A stretch of DNA of 64,000 nucleotides from an uncultured delta proteobacterium (GCA_963711835.1 CAVQFQ010000005.1:64001-128000), one strand, 5' to 3'. Shown: positions 10,561 to 21,626, counted from the first letter of the stretch. Numbers and translations are program-made. The notes: generated from the sequence alone by a model not told the origin.

Positions 10561-11367
10561 TTAGGCCAGCTCCAATCGAATAGGACGCCCTAAAAATTCT
10601 TGGGCGATTAGTTCGAAATTCGGGGTCAAATCGGAGACGAAAAAACGATGGCCGGCCTGAGCAACCGCCGGTTCCAGGGATCGCATCAATTCCGGATTTT
10701 TTCCCAGATACTCTTTAACCCACAGGGCCACCTCTTGCGAAGAGTCGATGATTTGGCATTTCCGGCCCATCTTGGCCTGGATCACGGATTTGAGTAAGGG
10801 ATAGTGGGTACAGCCCAATACCAGGGTATCGACCTGTTTGGTCTTGATAGGCTGGAGGTACTTGCGGACGATCCGCTTGGTTTCAGGTCTTTTAAGCCAG
10901 TTCTCCTCCACCAAGGGGACCAGCAAAGGGCAGGCCTGCGAAAAAACCTGGATGTCCGGCCGGCTCTCTTTAAGCAGCCTTTTATAAATATGGCTTCCTA
11001 CGGTAGCCCTGGTCCCGATAATCCCGATACGATGGTTTCGGGTTACCTGGAGGGTCTTTTTTACAGCCGGGCCGATGACCTCAAATAGAGGGATGGCAAA
11101 GCGTTCCCGCAAGACCTCTATGGCCACGGAAGACACCGAGTTACAGGCCACGACAATAATTTTGGCCCCCTGGTCAATGAGGAATTGGGTGTCTTCGACG
11201 GCGTAGTCGATAATGGTTTTGGGGCTTTTGGTCCCATAGGGGGTGCGGGCCGTATCCCCGAAATAGACGATCCGGTAGTTGGGGAGTTTATCCAACACCT
11301 CGCGCACAACCGTCAATCCGCCGATTCCGGAATCAAAAATACCGATCATGCTCTTCACTTTACTCAT
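10561..11367 (-). CDS. murI: Glutamate racemase
   Basis: FDSGIGG, PYGTKS, VACNS, LGCTHYP. Confidence 0.96.
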   Translation of the reverse strand: MSKVKSMIGIFDSGIGGLTVVREVLDKLPNYRIVYFGDTARTPYGTKSPKTIIDYAVEDTQFLIDQGAKIIVVACNSVSSVAIEVLRERFAIPLFEVIGPAVKKTLQVTRNHRIGIIGTRATVGSHIYKRLLKESRPDIQVFSQACPLLVPLVEENWLKRPETKRIVRKYLQPIKTKQVDTLVLGCTHYPLLKSVIQAKMGRKCQIIDSSQEVALWVKEYLGKNPELMRSLEPAVAQAGHRFFVSDLTPNFELIAQEFLGRPIRLELA

Positions 11368-11520
11368 TCCGGTTCCGGACTGTCAAACAGTTATTTTGAC
11401 ACTCTGCCCCTTGTGAATCCTTTCAAGCCTGACCCTTACTGCCGCCTTTATCCTTGACATCCCCCCACCCCGCTTGATAATTTGAAACCTGAAACAGGAA
11501 ATTTTAGGGGGGGGCGTGCC

Positions 11521-12555
11521 TTGCTGACCGGCATTGTAACGGATCCTATTTATCTGGAACACCTGAAGGATTTCGGCCATGTGGAAAGCCCGCATCGGCT
11601 GGAGGTCATTTACGAGACCTTGAACCATTCTGTTAAAGACCGGGTCCGGATCATTTCCCCCCGGCCGGCCGCCCACGATGAACTGGCTTATATCCATTCT
11701 CAGGACCATATCAGGCGGGTGGCGGCCACTGCCGGGAAGGCCTGTGTCTCTCTGGACCCGGATACCCAAACCTCCCCCTTGTCTTATGAGGCCGCCACAA
11801 TGGCCGCGGGGGGCCTTTTTGTTCTTATCGATGCCTTAATGAACCGGACCATAGGCAACGGTTTTGCCTTGGTGCGTCCTCCGGGACACCATGCCGAATC
11901 CAATCGGGCTATGGGCTTTTGCCTCTTCAACAACGTCGCCCTGGGAGCCGCTTACTCCCGGATCAAACACGGGTTGGACAAAATCCTGATTATCGACTGG
12001 GATCTTCACCACGGCAACGGCACCCAGCATTCCTTTTGGGATTCGGACCGGGTCCTTTATTTTTCCACCCACCAATATCCCTATTATCCCGGTACCGGGG
12101 CCGTCCATGAAATTGGTGGGAAAATGGCCCCTGGATTTACGGTAAATGTCCCCCTTTCCAGCGGCTATCTCGACGAAGACTTCGCCCAGATCTTTGAGCG
12201 GGTGCTCCTGCCGATCGGGCGCCAATTCCAACCGGACCTGCTGCTGGTTTCAGCCGGATTTGATACCTATTTCGAAGACCCTCTGGGCGCCATGCTGGTC
12301 AGCCCCAAGGGATTTGCCCGCCAGACCCGCCTCCTCCTGCAGTTAGCCGAAGAAGTCTGCCAGGGTCGTTTACTGCTCACTCTCGAAGGAGGCTATCACC
12401 TTGAGGGCTTACGCCTGTCCGTACTGGCGGTAATTAACGAACTCATGGGAAACTCCGTTCTTAGGCCGGAAGAAAGGCAGCCTGATGGAAGGCCTAATCT
12501 GGCGATTGTAGACAAGGTCTGGTCGATTCAAAAAAATTACTGGAAAAAGGATTAG
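11521..12555 (+). CDS. Histone deacetylase-family amidohydrolase
   Basis: HVESPHRL, RPPGHHA, GFCLFNN, DWDLHHGNGTQ, LEGGY; start codon uncertain. Confidence 0.92.
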   Translation: MLTGIVTDPIYLEHLKDFGHVESPHRLEVIYETLNHSVKDRVRIISPRPAAHDELAYIHSQDHIRRVAATAGKACVSLDPDTQTSPLSYEAATMAAGGLFVLIDALMNRTIGNGFALVRPPGHHAESNRAMGFCLFNNVALGAAYSRIKHGLDKILIIDWDLHHGNGTQHSFWDSDRVLYFSTHQYPYYPGTGAVHEIGGKMAPGFTVNVPLSSGYLDEDFAQIFERVLLPIGRQFQPDLLLVSAGFDTYFEDPLGAMLVSPKGFARQTRLLLQLAEEVCQGRLLLTLEGGYHLEGLRLSVLAVINELMGNSVLRPEERQPDGRPNLAIVDKVWSIQKNYWKKD

Positions 12556-12561
12556 GCCCAT

Positions 12562-12846
12562 ATGAAATTAGGCCCCCAGGAAATAGAGCACGTAGCCCTT
12601 CTGGCCCGGGTCCGGGTCAGCCCGGAAGAAATCGATCTTTTTACCCAGCAACTGAATGATATCCTGATCTACATGGAAAAACTGGCGGAAGTGGACACCA
12701 CCGGGATCGAACCCGCCCCCCAGGCCCGGCATCTCTCCAATGCTTTTCGTGAAGACCTGGTCCTGCCCTCTTTGCCGGCGGAAGAGGCCTTGGCCCTGGC
12801 GCCCCGGCAGGCTCGTTCTTCCTTTGTGGTCCCCAAAGTGATTTAA
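12562..12846 (+). CDS. gatC: Asp/Glu-tRNA amidotransferase subunit C
   Basis: IEHVALLAR...FREDL...FVVPKVI. Confidence 0.93.
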   Translation: MKLGPQEIEHVALLARVRVSPEEIDLFTQQLNDILIYMEKLAEVDTTGIEPAPQARHLSNAFREDLVLPSLPAEEALALAPRQARSSFVVPKVI

Positions 12847-12873
12847 TAAGGTCTCAAAGTATAGTGACCAACC

Positions 12874-13074
12874 GGGACCGGGGGTCTTCTTTTCTGGGGT
12901 TGTCCAAAGGGTAACTCATCGCCCTATCGGCCGAACGGCTAGTGGGTTAGGTGCAGGGCATTCACCCGAGTCCGTCTCGGGCATTAGTGTCGGCCTGTCT
13001 CTGGATTAGTTCGATTGGCCGGAAAGAAGCTTTGGGCTTGAAGGTGGACAACCCAAAAGAAGACCCCCGGTCCC
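12874..13074. repeat. Nested palindromic element copy B (diverged core, different flanks) between gatC and gatA
   Basis: Arms GGGACCGGGGGTCTTCTTTT..GTTGTCCA / TGGACAACCCAAAAGAAGACCCCCGGTCCC; core motif GCAGGGCATTCA. Confidence 0.85.
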
Positions 13075-13292
13075 ATTTAAGACAAGCTCCTCAATTTCAG
13101 GTCACGACTATTAGGAGACCCTTAATAACTGGAACCAGGAGACAAGTTCGCTCCTCTTTCAATCGGGATGCCGCTATCCCCCGGCATCATGGTCTGAGAA
13201 TCCCTCTTCTCTCCCCCTCCCCCGGCTCTGCTGAGCGCATTGCAGTCTCAGAGGGGCTAAGAAAGAAGTTGGGATAAGGAATTTAAGAGACT

Positions 13293-14750
13293 ATGGAACT
13301 CTATGAATTATCCATCGCCCAGGCCCATAATAAATTAAAGAGCCGGGAAATCAGTTCGCTGGAATTAACCCGATCGGTAATTCGCCGGATCGAAGAGGTG
13401 GAGGCGAAAATCGGGGCCTACATCACCCTGACGCCGGAAAAGGCCCTCCAACAAGCCCAGGAGGCCGATGCCCGGATCAGGCAGGGACAAATACGAACCC
13501 TGACCGGCATTCCTCTGGCCGTTAAAGATCTGATTTCAACCAAAGGATTACGGACAACCTGCGCCTCCCGAATTCTTGCAGGCTATGACCCGCCCTATGA
13601 TGCCCAGGTTATGACCCGTCTGCAGGCGGAAGGCCTGGTCCTGCTGGGAAAGCTGAATATGGACGAATTTGCCATGGGCTCATCCACGGAAAATTCGGCC
13701 TTACAAGTAACCCGTAATCCCTGGAAGCTGAGTCATGTGCCGGGAGGATCCAGCGGGGGTTCGGCTGCGGCGGTGGCCGCCGGGGAATGCCTGGGGGCCT
13801 TGGGCTCCGATACCGGAGGATCCATCCGGCAACCGGCCTCCCATTGCGGGGTGGTGGGTCTGAAACCAACCTATGGAAGGGTTTCCCGGTTCGGGTTGGT
13901 GGCCTATGCTTCCTCATTGGACCAAATCGGCCCTCTGGCCCGGGATGTCACCGATTGCGCCCTCCTGTTGCAGATCATAGCCGGTTACGACCCCCAAGAC
14001 TCGACCTCCGTCTCTCGGGCGGTGCCGAATTACCTGGCCTCCCTGGGAAAAGAGATTTCCGGTTTACGGGTCGGCATCCCGAAAGAATATTTTCAAAAAG
14101 GAATGGATCAGGAGGTCGAATCCTGTATCCGCCGGGCCGTCTCGGTCTTGGAAGGCTTGGGTGTATCCTGCCTGGAAATCTCCCTGCCTCATACCGAGTA
14201 TGCCATCGCGGTTTACTATATCCTGGCCATGGCCGAAGCCAGCTCCAACCTAGCCCGTTACGACGGGGTGAAATACGGCTTCCGAGATCAGGAGAGCCGG
14301 ACTTTAATGGAGATGGTTCAAAAAACCCGCTCCCTGGGTTTCGGAGCGGAAGTCAGGCGCCGGATCATGTTGGGAACCTATGTCCTCTCGGCCGGTTATT
14401 ATGACGCCTATTACCGGAAGGCCTCCCAGGTGCGCTCCCTGATCCGGGAGGATTTTGAACAGGCTTTTAAAAAATGCGATTTGATGGTGACCCCGGTGAG
14501 CCCCACCCCGGCCTTCCGCTTTGGGGAGAAAACCGCCGATCCCCTGCAGATGTACCTGACCGACATCTGCACCATCTCTGCCAACCTGGCCGGAATTCCA
14601 GGCCTGTCCCTGCCCTGCGGTTTCAGCGCCGGGGGTCTTCCCATCGGGCTCCAGCTTCTGGGAAATCATTTTGAAGAAGAACAAATCCTCCAGGCCGCCT
14701 TTGCCTTTGAGCAGGCCACCGATCACCACCTCCGTCGCCCGCCCCTCTAA
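13293..14750 (+). CDS. gatA: Asp/Glu-tRNA amidotransferase subunit A
   Basis: Amidase signature [35 protein letters not shown]. Confidence 0.97.
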   Translation: MELYELSIAQAHNKLKSREISSLELTRSVIRRIEEVEAKIGAYITLTPEKALQQAQEADARIRQGQIRTLTGIPLAVKDLISTKGLRTTCASRILAGYDPPYDAQVMTRLQAEGLVLLGKLNMDEFAMGSSTENSALQVTRNPWKLSHVPGGSSGGSAAAVAAGECLGALGSDTGGSIRQPASHCGVVGLKPTYGRVSRFGLVAYASSLDQIGPLARDVTDCALLLQIIAGYDPQDSTSVSRAVPNYLASLGKEISGLRVGIPKEYFQKGMDQEVESCIRRAVSVLEGLGVSCLEISLPHTEYAIAVYYILAMAEASSNLARYDGVKYGFRDQESRTLMEMVQKTRSLGFGAEVRRRIMLGTYVLSAGYYDAYYRKASQVRSLIREDFEQAFKKCDLMVTPVSPTPAFRFGEKTADPLQMYLTDICTISANLAGIPGLSLPCGFSAGGLPIGLQLLGNHFEEEQILQAAFAFEQATDHHLRRPPL

Positions 14751-14770
14751 CCCGCATCCGTAGGGGGCGT

Positions 14771-14850
14771 TCAGCCGTCAGCACACGGCAATCAGCTTAC
14801 CTCGGTTTTTTAACTGCTTTTGCTGATCGCTGAAAGCTAATCACTGATCG
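14771..14850. repeat. 7-nt-periodic palindrome (TCAGC.. / ..GCTGA)
   Basis: TCAGCCGTCAGCACACGGCAATCAGC ... GCTGATCGCTGAAAGCTAATCACTGA between convergent genes. Confidence 0.6.
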
Positions 14851-14913
14851 TTCTCAGCCGAAAAAAATCCTTTCCAGATAGATCATCACCAAACGCGATC
14901 CCGGAGAGGTTCT

Positions 14914-16482
14914 TTAAAAGAAGGGCAACAGCTTTTTCCCCCTAAGGGTTTTTATCATTTCCAGGGCCTCCTCTTTTCGCTCAAAACTCCCGGCTTCAAC
15001 ACGATACCAGGTATGCGTCGGAGAGATTTTACGGGGTTGGATTGTAATTTCTTTACCTTTTAAATCGAGTTCGTTTTTAAATTTATGGGCTTGGGTATGA
15101 GTCATAAAGGTTCCTAAATGGATACCAAAGGGCTTATCAGGAGGATGAAGAAGTAAGGCCTCTTCCTTTATTTCCGGGAGTTGAATTTTTTGATCCACAC
15201 GGATGTAGTCGGCATTTATTATGGAAGGATTAGCCATTAATATTAAATCAACTAAAGAGGCATTGGACTTACCATAATAACGCATACTTAATTTAGATAA
15301 ACTCTCCCCTTTTTTTGCCTGGATTCTACGGATTGAAGTCAAACCGGGTCGCTGAATACCTTGCTCGAAGGATCCTTTTGGGGGAATTTTCTGATGATCG
15401 CCGGCAATAGAAAGGTTGCCTTTTGGATGGACGTGATTTTCTTGGCGAGAAACGCTTGCGCTGATAAGTTGTTGTCCCTTGTTAAACAAGCTTTTAATCT
15501 CTTTCAAAACCTCTAAACTTACTAGTCGGTTCTTAATTTCGCCTCCCCAGAAAAAGATGCCGATTCCCAGGGCCAAAACCGATAAGATAATCAACCCTTT
15601 TCTAAGAGACCAGCCGGAAGAAAAGGGAGAAGAACCGGTTTCCTCGGGAGTCCTGATAGGGGTTTTTGGTTTATAACCCGGGCCATCAAGGTTGCCGATG
15701 ACCTTTTCAACGATTTCCAGGTCGATTTTTTGCTGTGATTTGCTGTAGCCGTTGAGGAGTGCATTATCACAAACGATATTGATCAGCCTGGGAATCCCCT
15801 GGGAAAACTCGCAGATTAACGACAAGGCCTGGGGAGAAAACAATCGAGCCGAAGAACTGCCGACCAATTGCAGTCGGTGCTCGATATAGGCGGATGATTC
15901 GGTTCGGGTCAATGGGTAAATTTTTAGTTGCAGGCCCAGTTTCCTCTGAGGATTTTTTAGAATCTCAGGTTTCAGCAGGGAATCCAATTCGGGTTGTCCG
16001 GCTAATACCAATTGGAGAGAATCCCTTATCCAAGATTCCAAACGGAGCAGAGAAAACAGTTCACGGATTACCTCCCGGGAAAGCTTTTGGGCTTCATCGA
16101 TCAGAATGACCAGGACCCTCCCCTGTTCCCTTGCCGTTCGTAGAACCTCGAGGAATTGCGCTTTGAGTTCCTCGAGTGCCTCCGCCGGGTTCGGCAGGCC
16201 CCATTCAACCCATACCTGCTTCAGCAATTCCTGGAAATTGTAAGTCGAATGGAAAACAAGGGCGGTTTTTACCTCGTTGGAAAGCCTCCCCAGGGCGCTA
16301 TAGAGTAGGACCGTTTTCCCGGTTCCTACCTCACCCGTCAGGATAATAACGCCTGTTCGTTCCTCTATTCCCCTCAATAAGGCCTCCAAAGAGTCCTTGT
16401 GGCCGGGCGTGAGAAAAAGAAATTTCGGGTCCGGGGTTATTTCAAAAGGCTTATCCGAAAGACCGTAATAATTCAAATACAT
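14914..16482 (-). CDS. ExeA/GspA-type AAA ATPase with TM segment, LysM and SPOR domains
   Basis: MYLNYYGL..PFEITPDP, GEVGTGKT, IDEAQ, GIPRLIN; GESLSKLS..YYG..ANP (LysM); WYRVEAGSF (SPOR). Confidence 0.85.
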   Translation of the reverse strand: MYLNYYGLSDKPFEITPDPKFLFLTPGHKDSLEALLRGIEERTGVIILTGEVGTGKTVLLYSALGRLSNEVKTALVFHSTYNFQELLKQVWVEWGLPNPAEALEELKAQFLEVLRTAREQGRVLVILIDEAQKLSREVIRELFSLLRLESWIRDSLQLVLAGQPELDSLLKPEILKNPQRKLGLQLKIYPLTRTESSAYIEHRLQLVGSSSARLFSPQALSLICEFSQGIPRLINIVCDNALLNGYSKSQQKIDLEIVEKVIGNLDGPGYKPKTPIRTPEETGSSPFSSGWSLRKGLIILSVLALGIGIFFWGGEIKNRLVSLEVLKEIKSLFNKGQQLISASVSRQENHVHPKGNLSIAGDHQKIPPKGSFEQGIQRPGLTSIRRIQAKKGESLSKLSMRYYGKSNASLVDLILMANPSIINADYIRVDQKIQLPEIKEEALLLHPPDKPFGIHLGTFMTHTQAHKFKNELDLKGKEITIQPRKISPTHTWYRVEAGSFERKEEALEMIKTLRGKKLLPFF

Positions 16483-16573
16483 TAGAAAACTTTAACTATT
16501 GTTGCTCATGGTTTACCTGAACGTTGGAAAAGTTACGGATGCTGCAGAATCAATTATTATACAACTATTAGGT

Positions 16574-17050
16574 TTATTTGGTTTCCTTATCCGCCTGATC
16601 CAATATCTCTCCCAAAGCATAGGCCGTCTCTCCGACCAACTGGATGCAGTGTTTGCGGCGGCCTTCCGGGTTGGTATAGAATTCCTTGGTCTGTTCCCTG
16701 TCCGACCAGTTCACCTGGGCGATGTCGCGGCAGTCCACCCCGCCAAATTCCCGGGTCAACCCTTCAAATTTTTTGCTCAACTTATAGCTCAGGCGCCACA
16801 TGCGGGGATCTTCCTTATCGCCCAAGTTCCCCCGGCTGTAAAGGCTTGAGATAAAACCCACCCCGCCAAGCAGGGCCCCGCAGACCCGGCCGGTGCTGGC
16901 AATCCCTCCACCGAAGGCCCCCATGGCCTTGACGACGTTTTCATCATGCAGGTTCATCTTCTCCTGACCCACGGCCAGGACCGCCTGGCTTCAATGAAAT
17001 TTGTCCAAAAATAACTCGATGGCCCTTTTCCGCATCTCTTCCGGTGTCAT
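16574..17050 (-). CDS. C-GCAxxG-C-C family redox protein with selenocysteine at codon 20 (158 aa)
   Basis: AGGAGG RBS, ATG at 17050, MTPEEMRKRAIELFLDKFH-TGA(16993..16991)-SQAVL, in frame with ORF 16574..16972 containing VCGALLGG, DCRDI, KHC. Confidence 0.85.
16962..16980 (-). promoter_or_regulatory. Candidate bacterial SECIS hairpin
   Basis: UCCUGGCC-GUG-GGUCAGGA begins 11 nt after the UGA; apical loop starts with G. Confidence 0.65.
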
Positions 17051-17160
17051 CTTCAACCTCCTGTCATAGTAGTGTAGCCGTCAGCGATCACTTGTCAGCT
17101 TTCATTATTCCCTATTCATCTTTTTTGATGTGTTGGACTTGCCGGGAACGGCGTTACCAT

Positions 17161-17955
17161 TCATCCGTTTCGGTTTCGCTCAAAAATAATCCTCAACCCT
17201 TCCAGGGTCAAAAAACCGTCCACCTCTTCAATGGTCTTGGCCTCAGTGGCTATCAAGGGGGCCAGCCCCCCGGTGGCAATCACCTTGGGTTTTCTGGAGA
17301 CCGAAGCGATGATTCGGTTCACCAGTCCGTCCACCAGTCCGGCGTAGCCGAAAATAATGCCGACATTCATACTGCTGATCGTATCCTTGGCCAGCACCGT
17401 TTTGGGTTTGGTAAAAATTTCAACCCGGGGGAGTTTGGAGGCCTTTTGAAAGAGGGCCTCACAGGAAATCAGGATTCCGGGGGCGATGGCCCCTCCCATG
17501 TATTCCCCTTTTTCGGAAACATAGTCAAAGGTGGTAGCCGTCCCAAAATCAACTACGATGAGATTGGTATTATATTTCTCATAAGCGGCTACGGCATTGA
17601 CGATCCGATCCGCTCCGACCTCCTTGGGATTATCATAAAAGATCGGCATGCCGGTCTTGATTCCCGGACCGACAAAAAGCGGCCGCAGGTTGAAATAGCG
17701 CTTTCCGAATTCTTCCAGGGTATTGAGCATCGGGGGTACCACACAGGAGACAATCAGATGGCTCACCTGTCCCAGCTCCAATTCCCGGGTTAAAAAAAGA
17801 TTCCGGATCAGGACCCCCCATTCATCCAGAGTGGCATCCTTCTCGGTTCGGATCCGCCAATCACAGATCCGCTGCCTTTCCTGATAGACACCCAGCACGG
17901 TATTGGTGTTGCCCACATCCATGACTAAAAGCAGGTTTTCGGTCTCCTTAGACAT
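17161..17955 (-). CDS. coaX: Type III pantothenate kinase
   Basis: [31 protein letters not shown]. Confidence 0.95.
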   Translation of the reverse strand: MSKETENLLLVMDVGNTNTVLGVYQERQRICDWRIRTEKDATLDEWGVLIRNLFLTRELELGQVSHLIVSCVVPPMLNTLEEFGKRYFNLRPLFVGPGIKTGMPIFYDNPKEVGADRIVNAVAAYEKYNTNLIVVDFGTATTFDYVSEKGEYMGGAIAPGILISCEALFQKASKLPRVEIFTKPKTVLAKDTISSMNVGIIFGYAGLVDGLVNRIIASVSRKPKVIATGGLAPLIATEAKTIEEVDGFLTLEGLRIIFERNRNG

Positions 17956-19300
17956 TAAATTCCCTCTCAATAACCTGGGCCGTTTCTTCGGCCAATAAAT
18001 GAATCAGGCCTTCGTTTTCCCCTTCGACCATAACCCGGACCAGGGGTTCGGTGCCTGAAAAACGGATCAGGAGGCGGCCTTTATCGCCCAACTTTTTTTC
18101 CACCTTCCTGATCTGCTGGGATAGCGCAGGCAGATCTTCCAGCCGTTTACGCTCCTTGATCCGCACATTAATCAATTTTTGAGGGAAGCGATCCATGACA
18201 TCCGAGAGATCGGAAAGGCTTTTCCCCTCTTTCCGTATAATGGCCAGGACCTGCAAGGCGCTCAGGATCCCGTCGCCGGTGGGATTGTGATCCAGGAAGA
18301 CCAGATGGCCGGATTGTTCCCCTCCCAAATTGCACCCCCGGCGGACCATCTCCTCCACCACATAGCGGTCACCGACCTGGGTCCGGATCAGGCGGATCCC
18401 TTTTTCCCGCATGGCCACTTCCAATCCCATGTTGCTCATGACCGTGGTCACCAGGGTATTCTTTTTTAAACGCTTTTCCTTGGACATCCGGGAAGCACAA
18501 ATGGCCATGATCTGATCCCCATTGACGGTCTCGCCGTTTTCATCCACCAGGACCACCCGATCCCCGTCGCCGTCGAAACTGATCCCCAGATCGGCTTTCC
18601 TTTTCCTGACCGCCGTACTGACCACGCTGGGATACAAGGCCCCGCAATTTTTGTTGATGTTTTCTCCATTGGGTTTGGCCCCCAAAAGAGTAACCTTGGC
18701 TCCCAACTCTTCAAAGACGGTCGGGGCTACTTTATAGGTGGCCCCGTTGGCGCAGTCGAGGACGAGGTGCAGGCCGTCCAGGGTCAGATCCTGGGGAAAG
18801 GTATTTTTCAAAAAAACAATATACCGGCCGATGGCATCGTCTATCCGGAAGGCTTTGCCGACTTTGCCGGCGGTAATGGTGGGGGAGGAGAGATCTTCCG
18901 AAAACATTAAACTCTCGATCTTTTCCTCCATCTTGTCCGGCAGCTTGAAACCGTTCCCGGAAAAGATTTTAATGCCGTTGTCCTGATAGGGATTGTGCGA
19001 GGCGGAAATGACGATCCCGGCATCGGCCCGCATACTCACCGTTAAAAAGGCGATGCCCGGGGTGGGCAAGGGGCCGACCAGAAGGACATCCCCGCCCATG
19101 GAACAGATGCCGGCGGTTAAAGCGGTCTCGATCATATACCCTGAGAGGCGGGTATCTTTACCGACGACGATTTTATGCCGCCGGTCTTTATCTCTGAAGA
19201 GATGGGCGCAGCCTTTGCCCAACTGCAGGGCCACCTCGACCGTCATGGGGTAGACGTTGGCCACCCCCCTGATCCCGTCGGTGCCGAAAAGTTTTCTCAT
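17948..19300 (-). CDS. glmM: Phosphoglucosamine mutase
   Basis: [29 protein letters not shown]. Confidence 0.97.
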   Translation of the reverse strand: MRKLFGTDGIRGVANVYPMTVEVALQLGKGCAHLFRDKDRRHKIVVGKDTRLSGYMIETALTAGICSMGGDVLLVGPLPTPGIAFLTVSMRADAGIVISASHNPYQDNGIKIFSGNGFKLPDKMEEKIESLMFSEDLSSPTITAGKVGKAFRIDDAIGRYIVFLKNTFPQDLTLDGLHLVLDCANGATYKVAPTVFEELGAKVTLLGAKPNGENINKNCGALYPSVVSTAVRKRKADLGISFDGDGDRVVLVDENGETVNGDQIMAICASRMSKEKRLKKNTLVTTVMSNMGLEVAMREKGIRLIRTQVGDRYVVEEMVRRGCNLGGEQSGHLVFLDHNPTGDGILSALQVLAIIRKEGKSLSDLSDVMDRFPQKLINVRIKERKRLEDLPALSQQIRKVEKKLGDKGRLLIRFSGTEPLVRVMVEGENEGLIHLLAEETAQVIEREFNV

Positions 19301-19309
19301 AGCCGCTCC

Positions 19310-19948
19310 TTAATCGGAATTTATTTTTTTGAGGACGACCTCGACCTCGACCGGGACCTCTTTGGTTAAATAGATTTGAAGATTCCGGAAGTCCAGGCTG
19401 GTCCGTTGCTTCAGATTGGCTTTGGTCCCCTGAAGGTCAACGGGTTTGGTCCAGAGGCTCTCAATCTCATCCACCACGTTGTCCGGCCCGGCAATTTCCA
19501 CCTGCTCCGGGCTGATTTTTACGGCTGCCAGTTCATATCCGAAGGCCGGTTTCCCGATAATCCGGGGCTTTATCTGGACTTTTCGGATGTGCAGTTTCTG
19601 AAGAACGACCACCACCGTGGTGGGATGAATCCGGGTGATCTTGACTCCCCGGGAAAGAGGAATCCCTTCCGAGGAAATCGAAAAGGTCACCGTTCCCGGT
19701 TTGGTATTGGACAGGTCCAGGCTCTTGCTCAGGTTTTCGGTGGACAGGGCCCGCACCAGACTTCTGGGTCCGTTGATTCGGATCTCGATGCCATGGGTAA
19801 CGGTATTAACCACGATCAGGTCCCGGGGGATATTGACCAGTTCCAGGGGAATCGTCAAACCGACTTCAGCCCGTTCCTCCCCTACCACAAAATACCAGAG
19901 GATGACGGCCAGGGCCAGGGCCAGTATTTTATAGGGGAGGTTTTTCAC
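19310..19948 (-). CDS. cdaR: YbbR/CdaR family diadenylate cyclase regulator
   Basis: N-terminal TM (KILALALAVILW), YbbR-type repeats, position between cdaA and glmM. Confidence 0.88.
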   Translation of the reverse strand: MKNLPYKILALALAVILWYFVVGEERAEVGLTIPLELVNIPRDLIVVNTVTHGIEIRINGPRSLVRALSTENLSKSLDLSNTKPGTVTFSISSEGIPLSRGVKITRIHPTTVVVVLQKLHIRKVQIKPRIIGKPAFGYELAAVKISPEQVEIAGPDNVVDEIESLWTKPVDLQGTKANLKQRTSLDFRNLQIYLTKEVPVEVEVVLKKINSD

Positions 19949-20769
19949 GGCTTTTTATCCTTATGAGCCGCCGATCGTCTGGGTCCGAATACCCAATAGC
20001 GGCGGAGGGGTCTCTCCTGAGAGAACAAGGTCTGCAGGACCCTCTTCAAGGTGGTGGAATCCAAGCCCCGGGTAAAACGCCCGTTGATGGCTACCGAGAT
20101 TCTGCCGGTTTCCTCGGAAACCACGACAACGGCGGCATCGGATTCCTCGCTCAATCCCAGGGCGGCCCGGTGGCGGGACCCGTAACTCCGGCTGACCTTG
20201 GTACTTTTAGTCAGGGGCAGATAGCATCCGGCGGCTTTAATGCGGCTGTTCTGAATGATCACCGCCCCGTCATGAAGCGGGGATTGAGGATGGAAAAGGC
20301 TGATCAGGAGTTCCCAGCTCACCTGGGCGTCCATGACCGTGGCGGTCCGCAAATAGTCCTTCAGTCCGGTTTGTCTTTCCAGGACCATCAGGGCCCCGGT
20401 CTTATGGCTTGAAAGATAGACGGCGGCCCGGATGACCTCTTCAATGGTCTGCAAAGTCTCGGCCGAGGATTTTACAAAAGGGCTCCGACCCACCTGGGCC
20501 AACACCCTACGGATCTCGGATTTAAATAGAATAATGATGACCAGGATGATGGAGGTCAGGAAACTGTTCAGAATCCAATGCAAGGTCAGCAGTTCCACCT
20601 TCCGGGCAATCAGAAAAGCCAAAAAAATGACCATCATGCCGATCAGGATCTCGACGGCCCGGGTCCCCTTGATCAGGAGAAAGATCTGATAAATCAAGAA
20701 GGCCACGATCAGGATGTCGACACCATCCTGCCAGCGGATATTTTGGAAAATAAGCAGGAAATTGTTCAT
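19945..20769 (-). CDS. cdaA: Membrane diadenylate cyclase
   Basis: Three TM helices, PLHDGA, GSRHRAA, VSEETG. Confidence 0.94.
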   Translation of the reverse strand: MNNFLLIFQNIRWQDGVDILIVAFLIYQIFLLIKGTRAVEILIGMMVIFLAFLIARKVELLTLHWILNSFLTSIILVIIILFKSEIRRVLAQVGRSPFVKSSAETLQTIEEVIRAAVYLSSHKTGALMVLERQTGLKDYLRTATVMDAQVSWELLISLFHPQSPLHDGAVIIQNSRIKAAGCYLPLTKSTKVSRSYGSRHRAALGLSEESDAAVVVVSEETGRISVAINGRFTRGLDSTTLKRVLQTLFSQERPLRRYWVFGPRRSAAHKDKKP

Positions 20770-21626
20770 TGGGCAGCAGACTGATAAAGGGCGTCGGTTA
20801 CGGCCAGGCAATCCCTGGCGGCGGCTACATTATGGACCCGGACCAGGTGGGCTCCCTGTCCCACCCCGACCGTCAAGGTAGCGGCGGTTCCCCAATCCCG
20901 GTCCGGCGGTTCCTGGCCGGTAATTTTTCCGATGAAGGACTTCCGCGAGGTCCCCAGAACCAGGGGCCGATTGAGCTTTTTGAAAAAGTCGAGACGGCGG
21001 ATCAAGGTCAGATTATGAGCCGGGTTTTTCCCGAAGCCGATTCCCGGGTCGAGCAGAACCATCTCTCGGGGAATGCCGGCCCGGCCGGCGGCTTTCAGGC
21101 GTTCCTGAAAAAAAAGGTGGACTTCCTCCAGGAGATTTTGGTAATGGGGTCGGCGCTGCATGTCCCGGGGGGTTCCCTGCATATGCATCAGGATAACCGG
21201 GACCTGATGGGCGGCTATCACCCGTCCCATTTCGGGATCAAAACTGAGGGCACTGATATCGTTGACTATCGAGGCCCCGGCTCCCAAAGCGGCTTTAGCT
21301 ACCTCGGCCTTACAGGTATCGATGGAGATGGGGATCGAAATCCTTTTCACCAATTCCGCGATAACCGGGATAACCCTGCTGATCTCTTCAGCGCTTGATA
21401 CGGCTTCGGAAAAAGGCCGGGTGGATTCTCCGCCGATGTCCAGGATGTCAGCGCCTTGGGCAGCCATAAGCTCCCCCTGGGCCACGGCCTGATCCCTTTG
21501 ATAAAAAGATCCCCCATCGGAAAAAGAATCAGGGGTCACATTCAGGATCCCGATGATCCGGGTTTTTTCGCCCAGTCCGAGGGAGTGATTTTTCCATTTA
21601 AGTTCGAACTTTTTTCGTTGAATCAT
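20766..21626 (-). CDS. folP: Dihydropteroate synthase
   Basis: GILNVTPDSFSDGG, GGESTRP, DPGIGFGK, SRKSF, RVHNV. Confidence 0.97.
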   Translation of the reverse strand: MIQRKKFELKWKNHSLGLGEKTRIIGILNVTPDSFSDGGSFYQRDQAVAQGELMAAQGADILDIGGESTRPFSEAVSSAEEISRVIPVIAELVKRISIPISIDTCKAEVAKAALGAGASIVNDISALSFDPEMGRVIAAHQVPVILMHMQGTPRDMQRRPHYQNLLEEVHLFFQERLKAAGRAGIPREMVLLDPGIGFGKNPAHNLTLIRRLDFFKKLNRPLVLGTSRKSFIGKITGQEPPDRDWGTAATLTVGVGQGAHLVRVHNVAAARDCLAVTDALYQSAAQ

